A stretch of DNA of 64,000 nucleotides from Deinococcus sp. (GCA_965261005.1 OZ253375.1:2880001-2944000), one strand, 5' to 3'; positions 1-10,696 are shown, counted from the first letter of the stretch. The notes: generated from the sequence alone by a model not told the origin. Numbers and translations are program-made.

Positions 1-1587
<1,587 letters not shown>

Positions 1588-1697
1588 TTCGGCCGAACTG
1601 CATAAGTATTCGTGCGCCCATTTCTCTGATGGCTAGATCATGAGATTTAGTCAGTTTACTCTTATAAAAGGCTTTAGAAAATGCGCTACAGTGGCGC

Positions 1698-2129
1698 ATG
1701 ACGACGGTAACTTCACAGCTGGTGGAAAAGTATGCGGCCGTTCTCGCCGAGGAGGGCTTTCACGCCACCCTGGACGCCGAGGGGGACTTGTACTTCCGGG
1801 TCGAGGGCGGGCACTACTTTCTGCGGGTGGGTGAACACGACCTGACCTCGTTCGTGCTGCTCTACCCGAACTTCTACGCCGTAAAAAGCGAGACCGAGCG
1901 CCGGCGCGCCCACGACGCCGCCGCCGAGGTGAACGCGCGCGCCAAAATGGTCAAGGTCTACGTGACCGGCGGCGACACCCAGGCGTCGGTGGAGGTGCTG
2001 CTCGCCAGCGAGGGTGACTTCCGGGCCGTCTTCGTGCGCGCCCTGACCTACCTGCGCGCGGGCGTCGGCCGCTTTCGCGAGATCGTGCGCGAGCGCGCCG
2101 AGTGGCCGCAAGCCTGCCTGAAAGCCTGA
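1698..2129 (+). CDS. YbjN/T3SS-chaperone-like domain protein
   Basis: 143 aa, LDAEGDLYFRVEG and VNARAKMVKVY pattern; TACAGT -10 box 5 nt before ATG. Confidence 0.6.
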   Translation: MTTVTSQLVEKYAAVLAEEGFHATLDAEGDLYFRVEGGHYFLRVGEHDLTSFVLLYPNFYAVKSETERRRAHDAAAEVNARAKMVKVYVTGGDTQASVEVLLASEGDFRAVFVRALTYLRAGVGRFREIVRERAEWPQACLKA

Positions 2130-2256
2130 AGAACCTGGCTACACGCCCACCAAGCCGCGCCGCACGCCCTCGCGCGGGGTGAGTGGCCCGGACGCGAGGT
2201 CGCTTTCCCGGCGAACGGCTCACCCGTTCGGGCGGGGCTGCGTCTTACTTGAAAAG

Positions 2257-2931
2257 CTACGTTTTGCCCAGAAAGCTGCGGGTGGGCGCGCTGATGGCGT
2301 GCGCCACGCCCTCCGGCTCTCCCTGCTCGAACAGGTAGTTGGCGTTCAGCAGGATTTGTGTGCCCGACAGAATTTGAAGCAGGGCGCCTTCGCCGCTCAG
2401 GCGGCCTTGCCGGGCGTTCACGACTTGGCCCTGGGACAGCCACAGCTCGGCCAGACTGCCCAGCGTGCTGACGTGCAGCGCGCCGCTGCGGCGACCCTGA
2501 TTCAAGGCCGTCAAAACGCCTTCCAGGCCCAAGTTGATCAGGTTGCCCTCCAGCCGCGCGACCGCCTCGCGGGTCCCGCTGGTGAAGACGGGGCGCAACT
2601 CCTGCACGACGCCCCCTGGCGTCGCTTCCCCGGGCAGGGCCGCGTCGCGGATGCCGAAGGCGTCCGACTCCGGCATGCCCAGCAGCAGCATCACCACCTC
2701 CTGAAGCTGCGGTTCTCTGCGCACGAGTTGCAACAGCTCCAGGCCGCTCATGTCCTCCAGCTGGGCGTAGCACACCACGGCGTCGGGCCGCCAGCGCTCC
2801 AACTGCTTGAGGGCGCTCAGCCCGCCCGCCACGTGGCGCACCTCGACGCCCGCGAGGCGCAGATACTCGCCGAACTGCGCCGCCCGCGCTGGCTGCGGCA
2901 TGGCCAGCAACACCGCGCCCCCGGCGCTCAC
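2257..2931 (-). CDS. Receiver-like domain + DUF4388 (PATAN-like) protein
   Basis: N-terminal REC-like segment (PDAVVC...DMSGLELL); C-terminal LEGNL..L...L..L.Q.RRSG.L DUF4388 pattern. Confidence 0.75.
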   Translation of the reverse strand: MSAGGAVLLAMPQPARAAQFGEYLRLAGVEVRHVAGGLSALKQLERWRPDAVVCYAQLEDMSGLELLQLVRREPQLQEVVMLLLGMPESDAFGIRDAALPGEATPGGVVQELRPVFTSGTREAVARLEGNLINLGLEGVLTALNQGRRSGALHVSTLGSLAELWLSQGQVVNARQGRLSGEGALLQILSGTQILLNANYLFEQGEPEGVAHAISAPTRSFLGKT

Positions 2932-2990
2932 GGCAACACGCTTCCCGTCATCTCGTCAGAGCATACCCTCAAAGCGGACCCCTGCCTTGG

Positions 2991-3875
2991 TCAGGCCGGC
3001 AGGTCCTGCGCCACCATTCGCTCGCTCAGGCGCCACAACCGGTCGGCGGCGCCGTCGTCGAGCGCCCGCACGTCGGGTTCCACCTCGCGCTCGTCCGCGA
3101 AGTAGCGCCCGCTGACGCCGGCCACCTCGGGGCTGGTCGCCAAGTACAAGCTGGTCCGCGCGCCCTGCTCGGGCGAGCGTGAAAAGGGTCTCAGCAAACC
3201 GAACACGAACTGCATGGGGCCGCCGTCGTTCTTGCCGAAGCCCGTGGCGACGAAGCCGGGATGCAGGGCGTTGGCGCTCACGCCGCCGCCGCGCAACCGG
3301 CGCGCAAGCTCGCGCGTGAACAAGACGTTGGCGAGCTTGCTCTGGCCGTAAGCCTGAAAGGCGCTGTACGACCGCTTGCCCTCCACGTCGTCCCAGTTGA
3401 TGCGCGCGCCGCGGTGCGCGTCCGAGGAGACGTTCACCACCCGCGCCCCCGGCGTTTTCTTCAGCAGGTCCAGCAGCTCGGTCGTCAGCAGGAAGTAGGC
3501 CAAGTGATTGACCGCCCAAGTCGTCTCAATGCCGTCCGGGGTCTCGGTGCGCCGCGTGTGGACGGCCCCGGCGTTGTTGACCAGAATGTCCAGCCGGTCG
3601 TGGTTCTGCCGAAACTGCCGCGCCGCTTCCCGCACCTGGTCCTGTACCCCGAGGTCGGCGATCAGCACCTCCACCCCCGGGTTGCCGGTGTCCCGCTTGA
3701 TGTCCTCCGCGACCGAGCGCGCCTTGTCGGCGTCTCGTGCCAGCAGCACGACCGTGGCCCCCGCACGGGCGAGTTCGCGCGCCGTCACCTCACCGATGCC
3801 CGAGGTCGCCCCGGTGACCAGGGCGACCTTGCCGTGTAAGTCTGCGTGTAAGTCTGTCTGTACCACTTGGGTCAT
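2991..3875 (-). CDS. SDR family oxidoreductase (retinol dehydrogenase-like)
   Basis: TGATSGIG, NNAG, YGQSK catalytic motif, HPGFVAT. Confidence 0.95.
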   Translation of the reverse strand: MTQVVQTDLHADLHGKVALVTGATSGIGEVTARELARAGATVVLLARDADKARSVAEDIKRDTGNPGVEVLIADLGVQDQVREAARQFRQNHDRLDILVNNAGAVHTRRTETPDGIETTWAVNHLAYFLLTTELLDLLKKTPGARVVNVSSDAHRGARINWDDVEGKRSYSAFQAYGQSKLANVLFTRELARRLRGGGVSANALHPGFVATGFGKNDGGPMQFVFGLLRPFSRSPEQGARTSLYLATSPEVAGVSGRYFADEREVEPDVRALDDGAADRLWRLSERMVAQDLPA

Positions 3876-4047
3876 GCGGCCAGTCTAAGAGCATGGGCGC
3901 CAAAAGATAAGGGAGCAGAGCGGCCAGTTCGCCACCTGCTCCCTGCGCGCGGGGCCACTCGCCCGCCGTGTTGTGCGCTTCCCCAAAAGTGTGACAGACC
4001 GATTCTTACAAAAGTGTCACGGCGCGGGGCGCGGCTTGAACGTTCAT

Positions 4048-4063
4048 TGTGAAAAACCTGACA
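4048..4063. promoter_or_regulatory. Possible CRP-family (DdrI-type) binding site
   Basis: TGTGA-AAAACC-TGACA, 9/10 match to TGTGA-N6-TCACA, in a divergent intergenic region. Confidence 0.35.
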
Positions 4064-4115
4064 CGGCTCTGATGAAGGGCGTCGCGGGTTTTAAAATCGG
4101 GTGAGGGGTTTAAAC

Positions 4116-4784
4116 ATGCGGACAAACTCTGAAGGACCCGGCTGCCTGACCGCGCGCCCCGGCCTGCCCACACACGTCTCCGCCGAGCGCGGTTTGCAAT
4201 CCCTGCCCCAGGGCGCCCTGCTCTACCTACCGCCCACGGTCCCACTTGCCCAGCCCCTCCCCCTGATCGTGACGCTGCACGGCGCGGGCGGTGACGCTCG
4301 GGGCGCGCTGGCCCCGCTGCGCGCAGCCGCCGACGTTCACGGCCTGTTGCTGCTGGCGCCCAAGTCGCGCGGCCCGACCTGGGACGTGATCCTGGGCGGC
4401 TACGGCCCCGACGTGGCCCTGCTGGACGGGGCGCTGGCTTGGACCTTTGCCCGCTATCCCGTCAACCCCACCCACGTCGTGCTGGAAGGCTTTTCGGACG
4501 GCGCCTCTTACGCCCTCTCGCTGGGGCTGGGCAACGGCGACCTCTTCACCCACCTGCTGGCCTTTTCGCCGGGCTTTCTGGCCCCCGCCGCGCAGGTGGG
4601 CGCGCCGCGCATCTTCGTCTCGCACGGCGACGCCGACCGGGTGCTGCCCATCGAGCGCTGTAGCCGCGTGATCGTGCCCCAGCTGGAGTGGGCCGGGTAC
4701 GACGTGGAGTACCTGGAGTTTGCGGGGCCGCACACGGTGCCAAGTGAGGTGGTGGAGGCGGCGCTGACGTGGCTGGGGGCGTGA
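4116..4784 (+). CDS. Phospholipase/carboxylesterase (alpha/beta hydrolase)
   Basis: LHGAGG, GFSDG nucleophile elbow, HGDAD, GPH. Confidence 0.9.
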   Translation: MRTNSEGPGCLTARPGLPTHVSAERGLQSLPQGALLYLPPTVPLAQPLPLIVTLHGAGGDARGALAPLRAAADVHGLLLLAPKSRGPTWDVILGGYGPDVALLDGALAWTFARYPVNPTHVVLEGFSDGASYALSLGLGNGDLFTHLLAFSPGFLAPAAQVGAPRIFVSHGDADRVLPIERCSRVIVPQLEWAGYDVEYLEFAGPHTVPSEVVEAALTWLGA

Positions 4785-4794
4785 GAGAAGGCTT

Positions 4795-5187
4795 TCACCG
4801 GATCAGCTGCACCTTGAAGGGCAAATCGGGAATCTTCGCCCACCCCCGCTCGGCCGTCAGCACGTCCACGTCCAGCACCTCTGCCGTCCCCAGACAGGCC
4901 GCGTCTCCTAAGCTGAGGTTGTAGGGGGATTTGCGCGCGTAATAAAACGTCGCCCGCTCACGGCAGGAGGCGCCAAAGGACACTTCATCAAGCGCGCCAA
5001 GAAGTTGCCGGAATATTCCGCCGACTTGCCCGTGGGTCAGCTCCCCATGCCCGACGAGCTTTCCTTCCACTTCGGTCAGGGTAATGCTGCTGACGGCGCA
5101 CCGCCGGGCGGTCAGGGCAGCGTCTACCTCAGCAGCCCCCGGCTCGTCGGTGATCAAGGCCATGAGCGCGCTGGCGTCAAGCAGCAC
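4795..5187 (-). CDS. vapC: PIN-domain VapC toxin (TA module 1)
   Basis: LLDASAL...E...LSLGDAACL...LTAE; GTG start 3 nt after the antitoxin stop. Confidence 0.92.
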   Translation of the reverse strand: MLLDASALMALITDEPGAAEVDAALTARRCAVSSITLTEVEGKLVGHGELTHGQVGGIFRQLLGALDEVSFGASCRERATFYYARKSPYNLSLGDAACLGTAEVLDVDVLTAERGWAKIPDLPFKVQLIR

Positions 5188-5190
5188 TGG

Positions 5191-5457
5191 CTACCAGCCC
5201 TTGCTTTCTGCCTCTGCACGGCGGTCGTCCAGCAGCTCTTGCGTCAGGTCGCGGCCAGCCGCCGCCCCCCGCTTCTTCACGATGCCCCGCAAGGAAGCCA
5301 CCAAAAGCCGCCGACTGGTCAGCCGGTAGCCGCCCTCCTCCTTAAGAAGAATCAGCTCGTCGCCCTCCTGCACACCCAGATCGGCGCGAACATCCGAGGG
5401 AACCACAACGCGGCCTTGGGCTTGCAACTTCAAGTGATAGGCAGGAAGAGAGGTCAT
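5191..5457 (-). CDS. AbrB/MazE/SpoVT-type antitoxin (TA module 1)
   Basis: QGRVVVPSDVRADLGVQEGDEL; TATTCT -10 box 5 nt before ATG. Confidence 0.92.
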   Translation of the reverse strand: MTSLPAYHLKLQAQGRVVVPSDVRADLGVQEGDELILLKEEGGYRLTSRRLLVASLRGIVKKRGAAAGRDLTQELLDDRRAEAESKGW

Positions 5458-5615
5458 GCCTGAGAATAGCAAAGTAGGCATAAAGCGGTTACGCTCCTAC
5501 CGGGGCGACTTGCACAATGGCAAGTTCTCGCTGACGAGCTAACCGCCTAAACGCAACATATGGATCTGTTTTAAGTCGTACTCTCAAAAGCGTTACTATG
5601 CTCTCAGGAGTAATC

Positions 5616-5996
5616 ATGACTGAACAAATGCACATCGGCCTCGCCGAACTGCTACGGCAGCACAACGTCAGCCAGAAACAGCTGGCAGAGGCCGCCAATA
5701 TGCGCCCCGCCACCATCAACGCCATCTTCCACGCCCGTATTGAGCGAATCGAGATGAGCACGCTGGTCGAACTGGTCACGGGGTTGCGGCGCCTCGGCAT
5801 CAAGGCGGACGTGGGCGACGTTCTGCACGTCGTCGAGACGCCCGAGGGGGCCGAGCAGGCCGCGCGTGAACGCGCCCTGCGGCTGCTGGGTGGTGAACCC
5901 TGGGGCTTGAAAGTGCGAGGTTCCGCCGTCCTTGCACTTGTCAGCGGCCCGCCCATCGAAGACCTGTTGCCCGAACACCGGGGACCGGAACGTTGA
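5616..5996 (+). CDS. XRE/Cro-type HTH antitoxin (TA module 2)
   Basis: LAELLRQHNVSQKQLAEAANMRPATIN; AGGAG RBS; stop overlaps the toxin start (TTGA). Confidence 0.88.
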   Translation: MTEQMHIGLAELLRQHNVSQKQLAEAANMRPATINAIFHARIERIEMSTLVELVTGLRRLGIKADVGDVLHVVETPEGAEQAARERALRLLGGEPWGLKVRGSAVLALVSGPPIEDLLPEHRGPER

Positions 5997-6418
5997 CGTT
6001 GCTGTACCTGGATACCTCGGCCCTGGCCCGCCTGTACACCTTGGAACCGGACCACGAGAAGGTCCGCGCCGCACAGGCCGCCGCGAACGGGGATATCACC
6101 CACGTCATCACTTACGTAGAGTTACACTCGGCGCTTGCCGGTCGCAGGCAGCGAAAGGCCATCGGCGAGCGTGCCTATCAGGACGCCTTGCGGGACATAG
6201 AGCGGGATTGGCCGATCTTTCGGCATGTCAGCGTAGACGAGCAGCTTTTGCAAGAAGCCGCCCGGCTCGCTGAGACGCATGTTCTCCGGGCCTACGACGC
6301 CGTTCACTTGGCCGCCGCCCGGGTCGTTTCACCGCTCGGCATACAGTTCATGACCTTCGATTTGAGGTTGCGGACCGTTGCAGAACAGGTGATGCCCGGT
6401 CAGGTGTGGCAGCCGTAG
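5993..6418 (+). CDS. vapC: PIN-domain VapC toxin (TA module 2)
   Basis: YLDTSAL...VE...LRAYDAVHLAAA...TFD. Confidence 0.92.
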   Translation: MTLLYLDTSALARLYTLEPDHEKVRAAQAAANGDITHVITYVELHSALAGRRQRKAIGERAYQDALRDIERDWPIFRHVSVDEQLLQEAARLAETHVLRAYDAVHLAAARVVSPLGIQFMTFDLRLRTVAEQVMPGQVWQP

Positions 6419-6454
6419 CCGCGCCGTCTTCGCCTGGAATGATTCGGGCAGAGA

Positions 6455-6856
6455 CTAAACTCGCACCAGTTTCAGCGATACATGCTCGGCATATCGCTGG
6501 AAGTTCCGATCTTTTGTCAGGATGGGCAAGCCCCAGTTCGCGCCGCAAGCGGCGATCAGGAAGTCTGTGCTGCTGCCCTGAATTCCCTTGCCCCGGCAGG
6601 CATTGAAGAACTCTGCCGCGAGTTCGTATTCGGGAAAGGCCACTTCCCCATCTGGCAGAGACCGCAAGCTCTGGCGGATTCGCTCGAACACGTCCTGCCG
6701 GCGTAAGCCCTGCAAGACCTCCTGGCGGATGCAGCCGAGCATCTGAACCCGGCCCTCGCGCACCAGTTCACCCAGCAAGCGCAGTTGCGGTGAGGGGTCG
6801 CCCGCCCGCTTTCTGAACGCTTCGGACCACACGTCGCTGTCAACGATCACCTTCAA
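6455..6856 (-). CDS. vapC: PIN-domain VapC toxin (TA module 3)
   Basis: IVDSDVW...QEVLQG...DFLIAA...LTKDRNF. Confidence 0.92.
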   Translation of the reverse strand: MKVIVDSDVWSEAFRKRAGDPSPQLRLLGELVREGRVQMLGCIRQEVLQGLRRQDVFERIRQSLRSLPDGEVAFPEYELAAEFFNACRGKGIQGSSTDFLIAACGANWGLPILTKDRNFQRYAEHVSLKLVRV

Positions 6857-7062
6857 GCGCGTTTGCGCTGCGCCCGCAACTCCTCGTCGCTCGCCATATC
6901 CGCCGGGTCCACCGTGCCGAAGAGGTCCAGAATCTTGAGCTGTTCACGACGTTGGATGTATTCCGCCAACGCCTCGTTGACCGTCTCGCGCTTGGTGCGC
7001 CGGCCACCGACCTTCAGCGCTCGCTCCAGCAGGTCCGGGTTGATTTGCAGGTTCGTCGCCAT
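6853..7062 (-). CDS. vapB: VapB antitoxin (DUF2191-like) (TA module 3)
   Basis: MATNLQINPDLL.RAL..G...TKRETVNEAL.EYI. Confidence 0.9.
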   Translation of the reverse strand: MATNLQINPDLLERALKVGGRRTKRETVNEALAEYIQRREQLKILDLFGTVDPADMASDEELRAQRKRA

Positions 7063-7066
7063 GGCT

Positions 7067-7094
7067 GATATTACACAAATATTTGTGTAATATC
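7067..7094. promoter_or_regulatory. Perfect 28-bp palindrome, likely VapBC autoregulatory operator
   Basis: GATATTACACAAATATTTGTGTAATATC immediately upstream of the vapB start. Confidence 0.8.
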
Positions 7095-7118
7095 GTGAAG
7101 GGAAGTGCTGAGAGGAAC

Positions 7119-7580
7119 TTATTCCGTCTTGCCCGGCAAAGCGATCTCAATGGTCTGTCCGCTGGCGCGTGGGGTCAGCACGACGGTTATGTCGTACCCG
7201 AGGGCGTCCGCGTGTTGCGCGAGGGTTCCAACCGTAGGGTTGAGCGACCCATTTTCGAGCTGTGACAGCCGCCCCTTGCTCAGCTCACGCCGCCCGGCCA
7301 CTTCCTTGGCCGTCATGCGGGCCTGCTGCCGCGCCAGCTTCAGCGCCCGAGCGACGGTGTCCACAACCAACGCTTCTTGAACGTTGGCGGCCACGCCGCC
7401 CCGGCCCTCCTCGGTCAGCAGGCCGGCGGGCAATCCTTCGGTGGGCGTCACGGTGCCGTCCGCGTTGAGAAGCGCTGTAGCCCGTTCCAGTTTGGCTTTC
7501 AGACGTTCATTCGTGATTTGAGCCTTCTTTCTGCTCGCGCCGTCCAGCGTCGGACCTGCCAACAGAGCGCGCGACGCCAT
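7119..7580 (-). CDS. XRE-family HTH protein, probable orphan HigA-like antitoxin (start uncertain)
   Basis: C-terminal HTH: LKLARQQARMTAKEVA...LSQLENGSLNPTVGTL; no intact toxin upstream. Confidence 0.7.
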   Translation of the reverse strand: MASRALLAGPTLDGASRKKAQITNERLKAKLERATALLNADGTVTPTEGLPAGLLTEEGRGGVAANVQEALVVDTVARALKLARQQARMTAKEVAGRRELSKGRLSQLENGSLNPTVGTLAQHADALGYDITVVLTPRASGQTIEIALPGKTE

Positions 7581-7620
7581 TCACAATCGCGCCTTCTTTT
7601 ATGCGAAAGAGTATGAAGGC

Positions 7621-7875
7621 ATGGAATACGAAACGACGCAGCGCGTGACGGTCAGCCTCCCACATCGTCTCGCCCGTTACCTCGATGAGTACCAGAAAAC
7701 GCACCAGATTGGCAGCCGGAGCGAGGCCGTGGTTCGGGCGATTCAGGCGCTCCGCGAAAAGCAATTGGCCGAGGAGTATGCCCAGATGGCGCGTGACCAC
7801 GACCCCCTCTATGACGCTGTTTTGGATGATCTCACGGACGGTCTGGAAAAAAGTGACGGCAGTGAGTGGCGGTAG
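7621..7875 (+). CDS. Ribbon-helix-helix (CopG-like) antitoxin (TA module 5)
   Basis: RVTVSLP..LARYLD...SRSEAVVRAI; overlaps the toxin gene. Confidence 0.88.
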   Translation: MEYETTQRVTVSLPHRLARYLDEYQKTHQIGSRSEAVVRAIQALREKQLAEEYAQMARDHDPLYDAVLDDLTDGLEKSDGSEWR

Positions 7876-8213
7876 GACTGATTCGCCGGGGCGACATTCT
7901 GCTGGTGAACTTTGCTCCCGCGCGTGAGGGGGAGGCCAATTACACCTGGCCCGCCGTGGTGGTAACAAACAACGCGGCCAACGCCAACGCGCCCGTGCTG
8001 ATGGTCGTTCCCTTGACGACCAATCTGGAGCGGATGTACTCCATTCACCTGTTGCTGCCATACCAGCGCACCGGACTGAATGAGGACAGCAAAGCCCAAC
8101 CGGAGGCCCTGCGGGCCATCTCGCTGAGCCGCGTTCTCCGCCGCCTGGGGCACGTTCCGGAGGACCTGATGGCACAGCTCGACGATCGAATCCGGCTGCA
8201 CCTCGCGCTGTAG
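7866..8213 (+). CDS. mazF: PemK/MazF-family toxin (TA module 5)
   Basis: IRRGDILLVNFAP..EGEA...PAVVVTN...VVPLTT...DSKA..E..RLHLAL. Confidence 0.9.
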   Translation: MAVGLIRRGDILLVNFAPAREGEANYTWPAVVVTNNAANANAPVLMVVPLTTNLERMYSIHLLLPYQRTGLNEDSKAQPEALRAISLSRVLRRLGHVPEDLMAQLDDRIRLHLAL

Positions 8214-8240
8214 GGCAGAGGGCGTTCCTACAGCTTTCCC
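8201..8240 (+). repeat. 40-bp junction repeat A (mazF 3' end plus downstream), second copy at 9055-9094
   Basis: CCTCGCGCTGTA(G/A)GGCAGAGGGCGTTC(C/G)TACAGCTTTCCC, 38/40 identical. Confidence 0.9.
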
Positions 8241-8341
8241 TTTGTCTGGAGCAGCAGGCGCGCGTGCTGGACTCGCTCAGAGAGCTGAAACCGTTCCAAT
8301 CATGCTAAAAATATAGTCAGTGCTGGTCAGGAGGATGAAGA

Positions 8342-8587
8342 ATGAGAACGCGGTGGCCGCTTCAAGACGCAAAAACTCACTTCAGCGAACTGGTGGACGC
8401 CGCCTTGACCGAAGGTCCGCAGGCGGTGACTCGGCACGGCAAGAACGCCGTCGTCGTGCTTTCGCATGACGATTATGTGCGTCTCAAACAGGCCAGCACA
8501 ACGCTGGCGGACGCGCTGGGCGGCGCCCCCGAAGAGCTGTCCTTTGAGCGTGACCGGACACCTGTACCCATCCTTCAGCTCGATTGA
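8342..8587 (+). CDS. Phd/YefM-family antitoxin (TA module 6)
   Basis: WPLQDAKTHFSELVDAAL.EGPQ.VTRHGK..VVVLS. Confidence 0.93.
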   Translation: MRTRWPLQDAKTHFSELVDAALTEGPQAVTRHGKNAVVVLSHDDYVRLKQASTTLADALGGAPEELSFERDRTPVPILQLD

Positions 8588-9003
8588 TGTACTTGCTCGA
8601 TACCAACGTCGTGAGCGAGCGCACTAAACCGCAGCCCAACAAACGGGTCATGACCTGGCTGAATGGCCATACGGTTGGGCAGACCTACCTGAGCGTCATC
8701 ACGCTGGCCGAACTGGAACAGGGTGCGATGCTCAAGGGCGACACCAAGCGGGCGGGCGAGTTGCGGGCGTTTCTGCGGCGCCTGGAGGAGCAGTTCACGG
8801 GCCGGGTCTTGCCCGTTGACCGGGCGGTGGCGCGAACCTGGGCCAACATGACCGCCGGGGCTATTTCGGCGGGCAAGACGCCAAGCTACGCCGACGCCCT
8901 GATCGCGGCCACGGCGCTGACGCACGGGCTAACGGTCGTCACCCGCAACGTGGCGGACTTTCGAGCCGTGACCACCGACGTGGTGAACCCCTGGGAAGAA
9001 TGA
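8584..9003 (+). CDS. vapC: PIN-domain VapC/FitB toxin (TA module 6)
   Basis: YLLDTNVVSE...SVITLAEL...DALIAATA..HGL.VVTRN..DF...NPW. Confidence 0.95.
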   Translation: MMYLLDTNVVSERTKPQPNKRVMTWLNGHTVGQTYLSVITLAELEQGAMLKGDTKRAGELRAFLRRLEEQFTGRVLPVDRAVARTWANMTAGAISAGKTPSYADALIAATALTHGLTVVTRNVADFRAVTTDVVNPWEE

Positions 9004-9111
9004 GGAGTGGGGCATGCAGCCACCTCGCCGCGCAACCTTCTGCCACCGGCTCCTCCTCGCGCTGTAAGGCAGAGGGCGTTCGTACAGCTTTCCCCGCCGT
9101 TCCTACCCACC

Positions 9112-9144
9112 CCGCCCAACCCCACCGTCTGTAGCTGCGGCCTG
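9112..9144 (+). repeat. ~30-bp junction repeat B, further copies at 10183-10215 and 10997-11025
   Basis: CCGCCCAAC(C)CCACCGTCTGT(A/G)GCTGCGGC-like motif downstream of three TA modules. Confidence 0.85.
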
Positions 9145-9193
9145 TGCTGACGCAGGAGCTTGGGCAAGTTGCCAATGTGGTCTCCTTTTTTTT

Positions 9194-9329
9194 ATACGGA
9201 TTCCGCTTACTTCCTCAACATCGGGAAAAGCGCCCGATGTTGCTCCAGACCGCGAAACCCGTATTTTTTTCGTAGCCGCTCCGCTGGAAACTCAGTCAAC
9301 TTCGTTGACTGAGTTTCCGGAATCCGTAT
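9194..9329. repeat. Deinococcus small non-coding repeat (SNR/MITE-like), copy 1
   Basis: 12-bp terminal inverted repeat ATACGGATTCCG/CGGAATCCGTAT, two internal hairpins; homologue at 27661-29280. Confidence 0.85.
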
Positions 9330-9367
9330 TACTTCTGAAAGTGTTACCCTTTCTCCAGGGGGTAAGC

Positions 9368-9748
9368 ATGACCGCACAGATGCATATCGGTCTCGCTGAG
9401 CTTTTGCGGCGTCACAACATCAGCCAGAAGCGGCTGGCTGATGCCGCTGGAATGCGCTCGGCAACAGTCAACGCCATCTTTCACGGACGCGTGGAACGGG
9501 TGGAAATAGGTACGCTTGTAGACCTCGTAACGGGTCTGCGGCGCCTGGGTGTCGAGGCTGATGTGGGCGACATTTTGCAAGTTGTAGACGAGCCGGACGA
9601 GACCGAACAGGCCGCCCGCGAACGCGCCCTGCGGCTGCTTGGGGGCGAATCCTGGGGACTGAAACCTAGGGGCCTGGCCGAGCCTGTCACGGTGAGCGGC
9701 CCTCCTATTGAAGACCTTCTGCCCGACTTCCTGGGACCGTCGCTCTGA
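9368..9748 (+). CDS. XRE/Cro-type HTH antitoxin (TA module 7, paralogue of 5616-5996)
   Basis: MTAQMHIGLAELLRRHNISQKRLA, closely similar to the module 2 antitoxin. Confidence 0.88.
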   Translation: MTAQMHIGLAELLRRHNISQKRLADAAGMRSATVNAIFHGRVERVEIGTLVDLVTGLRRLGVEADVGDILQVVDEPDETEQAARERALRLLGGESWGLKPRGLAEPVTVSGPPIEDLLPDFLGPSL

Positions 9749-10170
9749 GCCTGCTCTACCTGGATACCTCCGCGCTGCTTCGCCTCTACACCCGCGAACC
9801 GGACTATGGGCAGGTTGCCGCCCGCAAGGAACAGGCAGACGGCGTGATCTGCCATGTCATCACCTCCGTGGAGATGGTTTCTGCCTTCACCGGTCGGCAG
9901 GCTCGAAAGTTGCTGAGTGGGCGGGCGTATGAGACAGCCCTGGAGGCGTTTAGGAGCGATTGGCCGACCTTTCGGCACGTTGCTGTGGACGAAGAAGTGT
10001 TACAGGACGCCGCCGACCTCGCTCAAGCTCACGGTCTGCGGGCCTACGACGCCGTTCACCTCGCCGCTGCCCAGGCCATCTCCCCGCTCGGCGTGCAGTT
10101 CATGACCTTCGACCTGCGGCTGCGGGCCGTGGCTGAACAGGTCATGCCCGGCCAGGTGTGGCGGCCGTAG
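9745..10170 (+). CDS. vapC: PIN-domain VapC toxin (TA module 7), apparent CTG start
   Basis: Frame extends upstream of the called ORF: (M)SLLYLDTSALLRLY, colinear with the module 2 toxin; CTG overlaps the antitoxin TGA. Confidence 0.85.
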   Translation: MSLLYLDTSALLRLYTREPDYGQVAARKEQADGVICHVITSVEMVSAFTGRQARKLLSGRAYETALEAFRSDWPTFRHVAVDEEVLQDAADLAQAHGLRAYDAVHLAAAQAISPLGVQFMTFDLRLRAVAEQVMPGQVWRP

Positions 10171-10276
10171 CCGTTCCCCATCCCGCCCAACCTCACCGGC
10201 TGGGGCTGCGGCCTGGGTGGGGGCATAACTGTTGCATCTGCTTCGAATACTGCGAATAATAGGGCTGAGGTGAAGT

Positions 10277-10696
10277 ATGACCCTGCACCACACACCCGAC
10301 CTGAAGGAACAGACCCTTGCCAGAGACGCCCAACAGCTCCTGAGTCGCGCCGACGTACAACTGAGTACAGACACGGAGAGCCTCTCCCTGACTCCAGCCC
10401 TCGCCGAATTGCTGCGCGGTCTGCTGGAGCGTCTGGGCAAAGGCGAGAGCGTCACTGTGCTGAGCCGCGACGAGGAACTCAGCACCCAGCAGGCCGCCGA
10501 ATTGCTGGGGGTCAGCCGTCCTTACTTGATTGAGCAGCTTCTAGAGGAGCGCAAGATCCCGTACCGCAAAGTCGGTAAGCACCGCCGCATTCGTGTCCGT
10601 GACTTGCTGGCTCATCAGGAGCGGGAGCAAGCCGAGAAGCGAGCCTTGGTTCGTGAGATCACCGAACTGGCCCAGGAGATGGGGCTGGAGTATTGA
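10277..10696 (+). CDS. Excisionase-family (HTH_17) DNA-binding antitoxin (TA module 8)
   Basis: ELSTQQAAELLGVSRPYLI..LLEE.KIPYRKVGKHRRI...L...AQEMGL. Confidence 0.9.
   Translation: MTLHHTPDLKEQTLARDAQQLLSRADVQLSTDTESLSLTPALAELLRGLLERLGKGESVTVLSRDEELSTQQAAELLGVSRPYLIEQLLEERKIPYRKVGKHRRIRVRDLLAHQEREQAEKRALVREITELAQEMGLEY

Noticed and set aside
10277..10696. Prophage or ICE excisionase (also 36307-36720)
   Set aside because: No integrase or phage genes; both are coupled to PIN genes, which fits Xis-like antitoxins.
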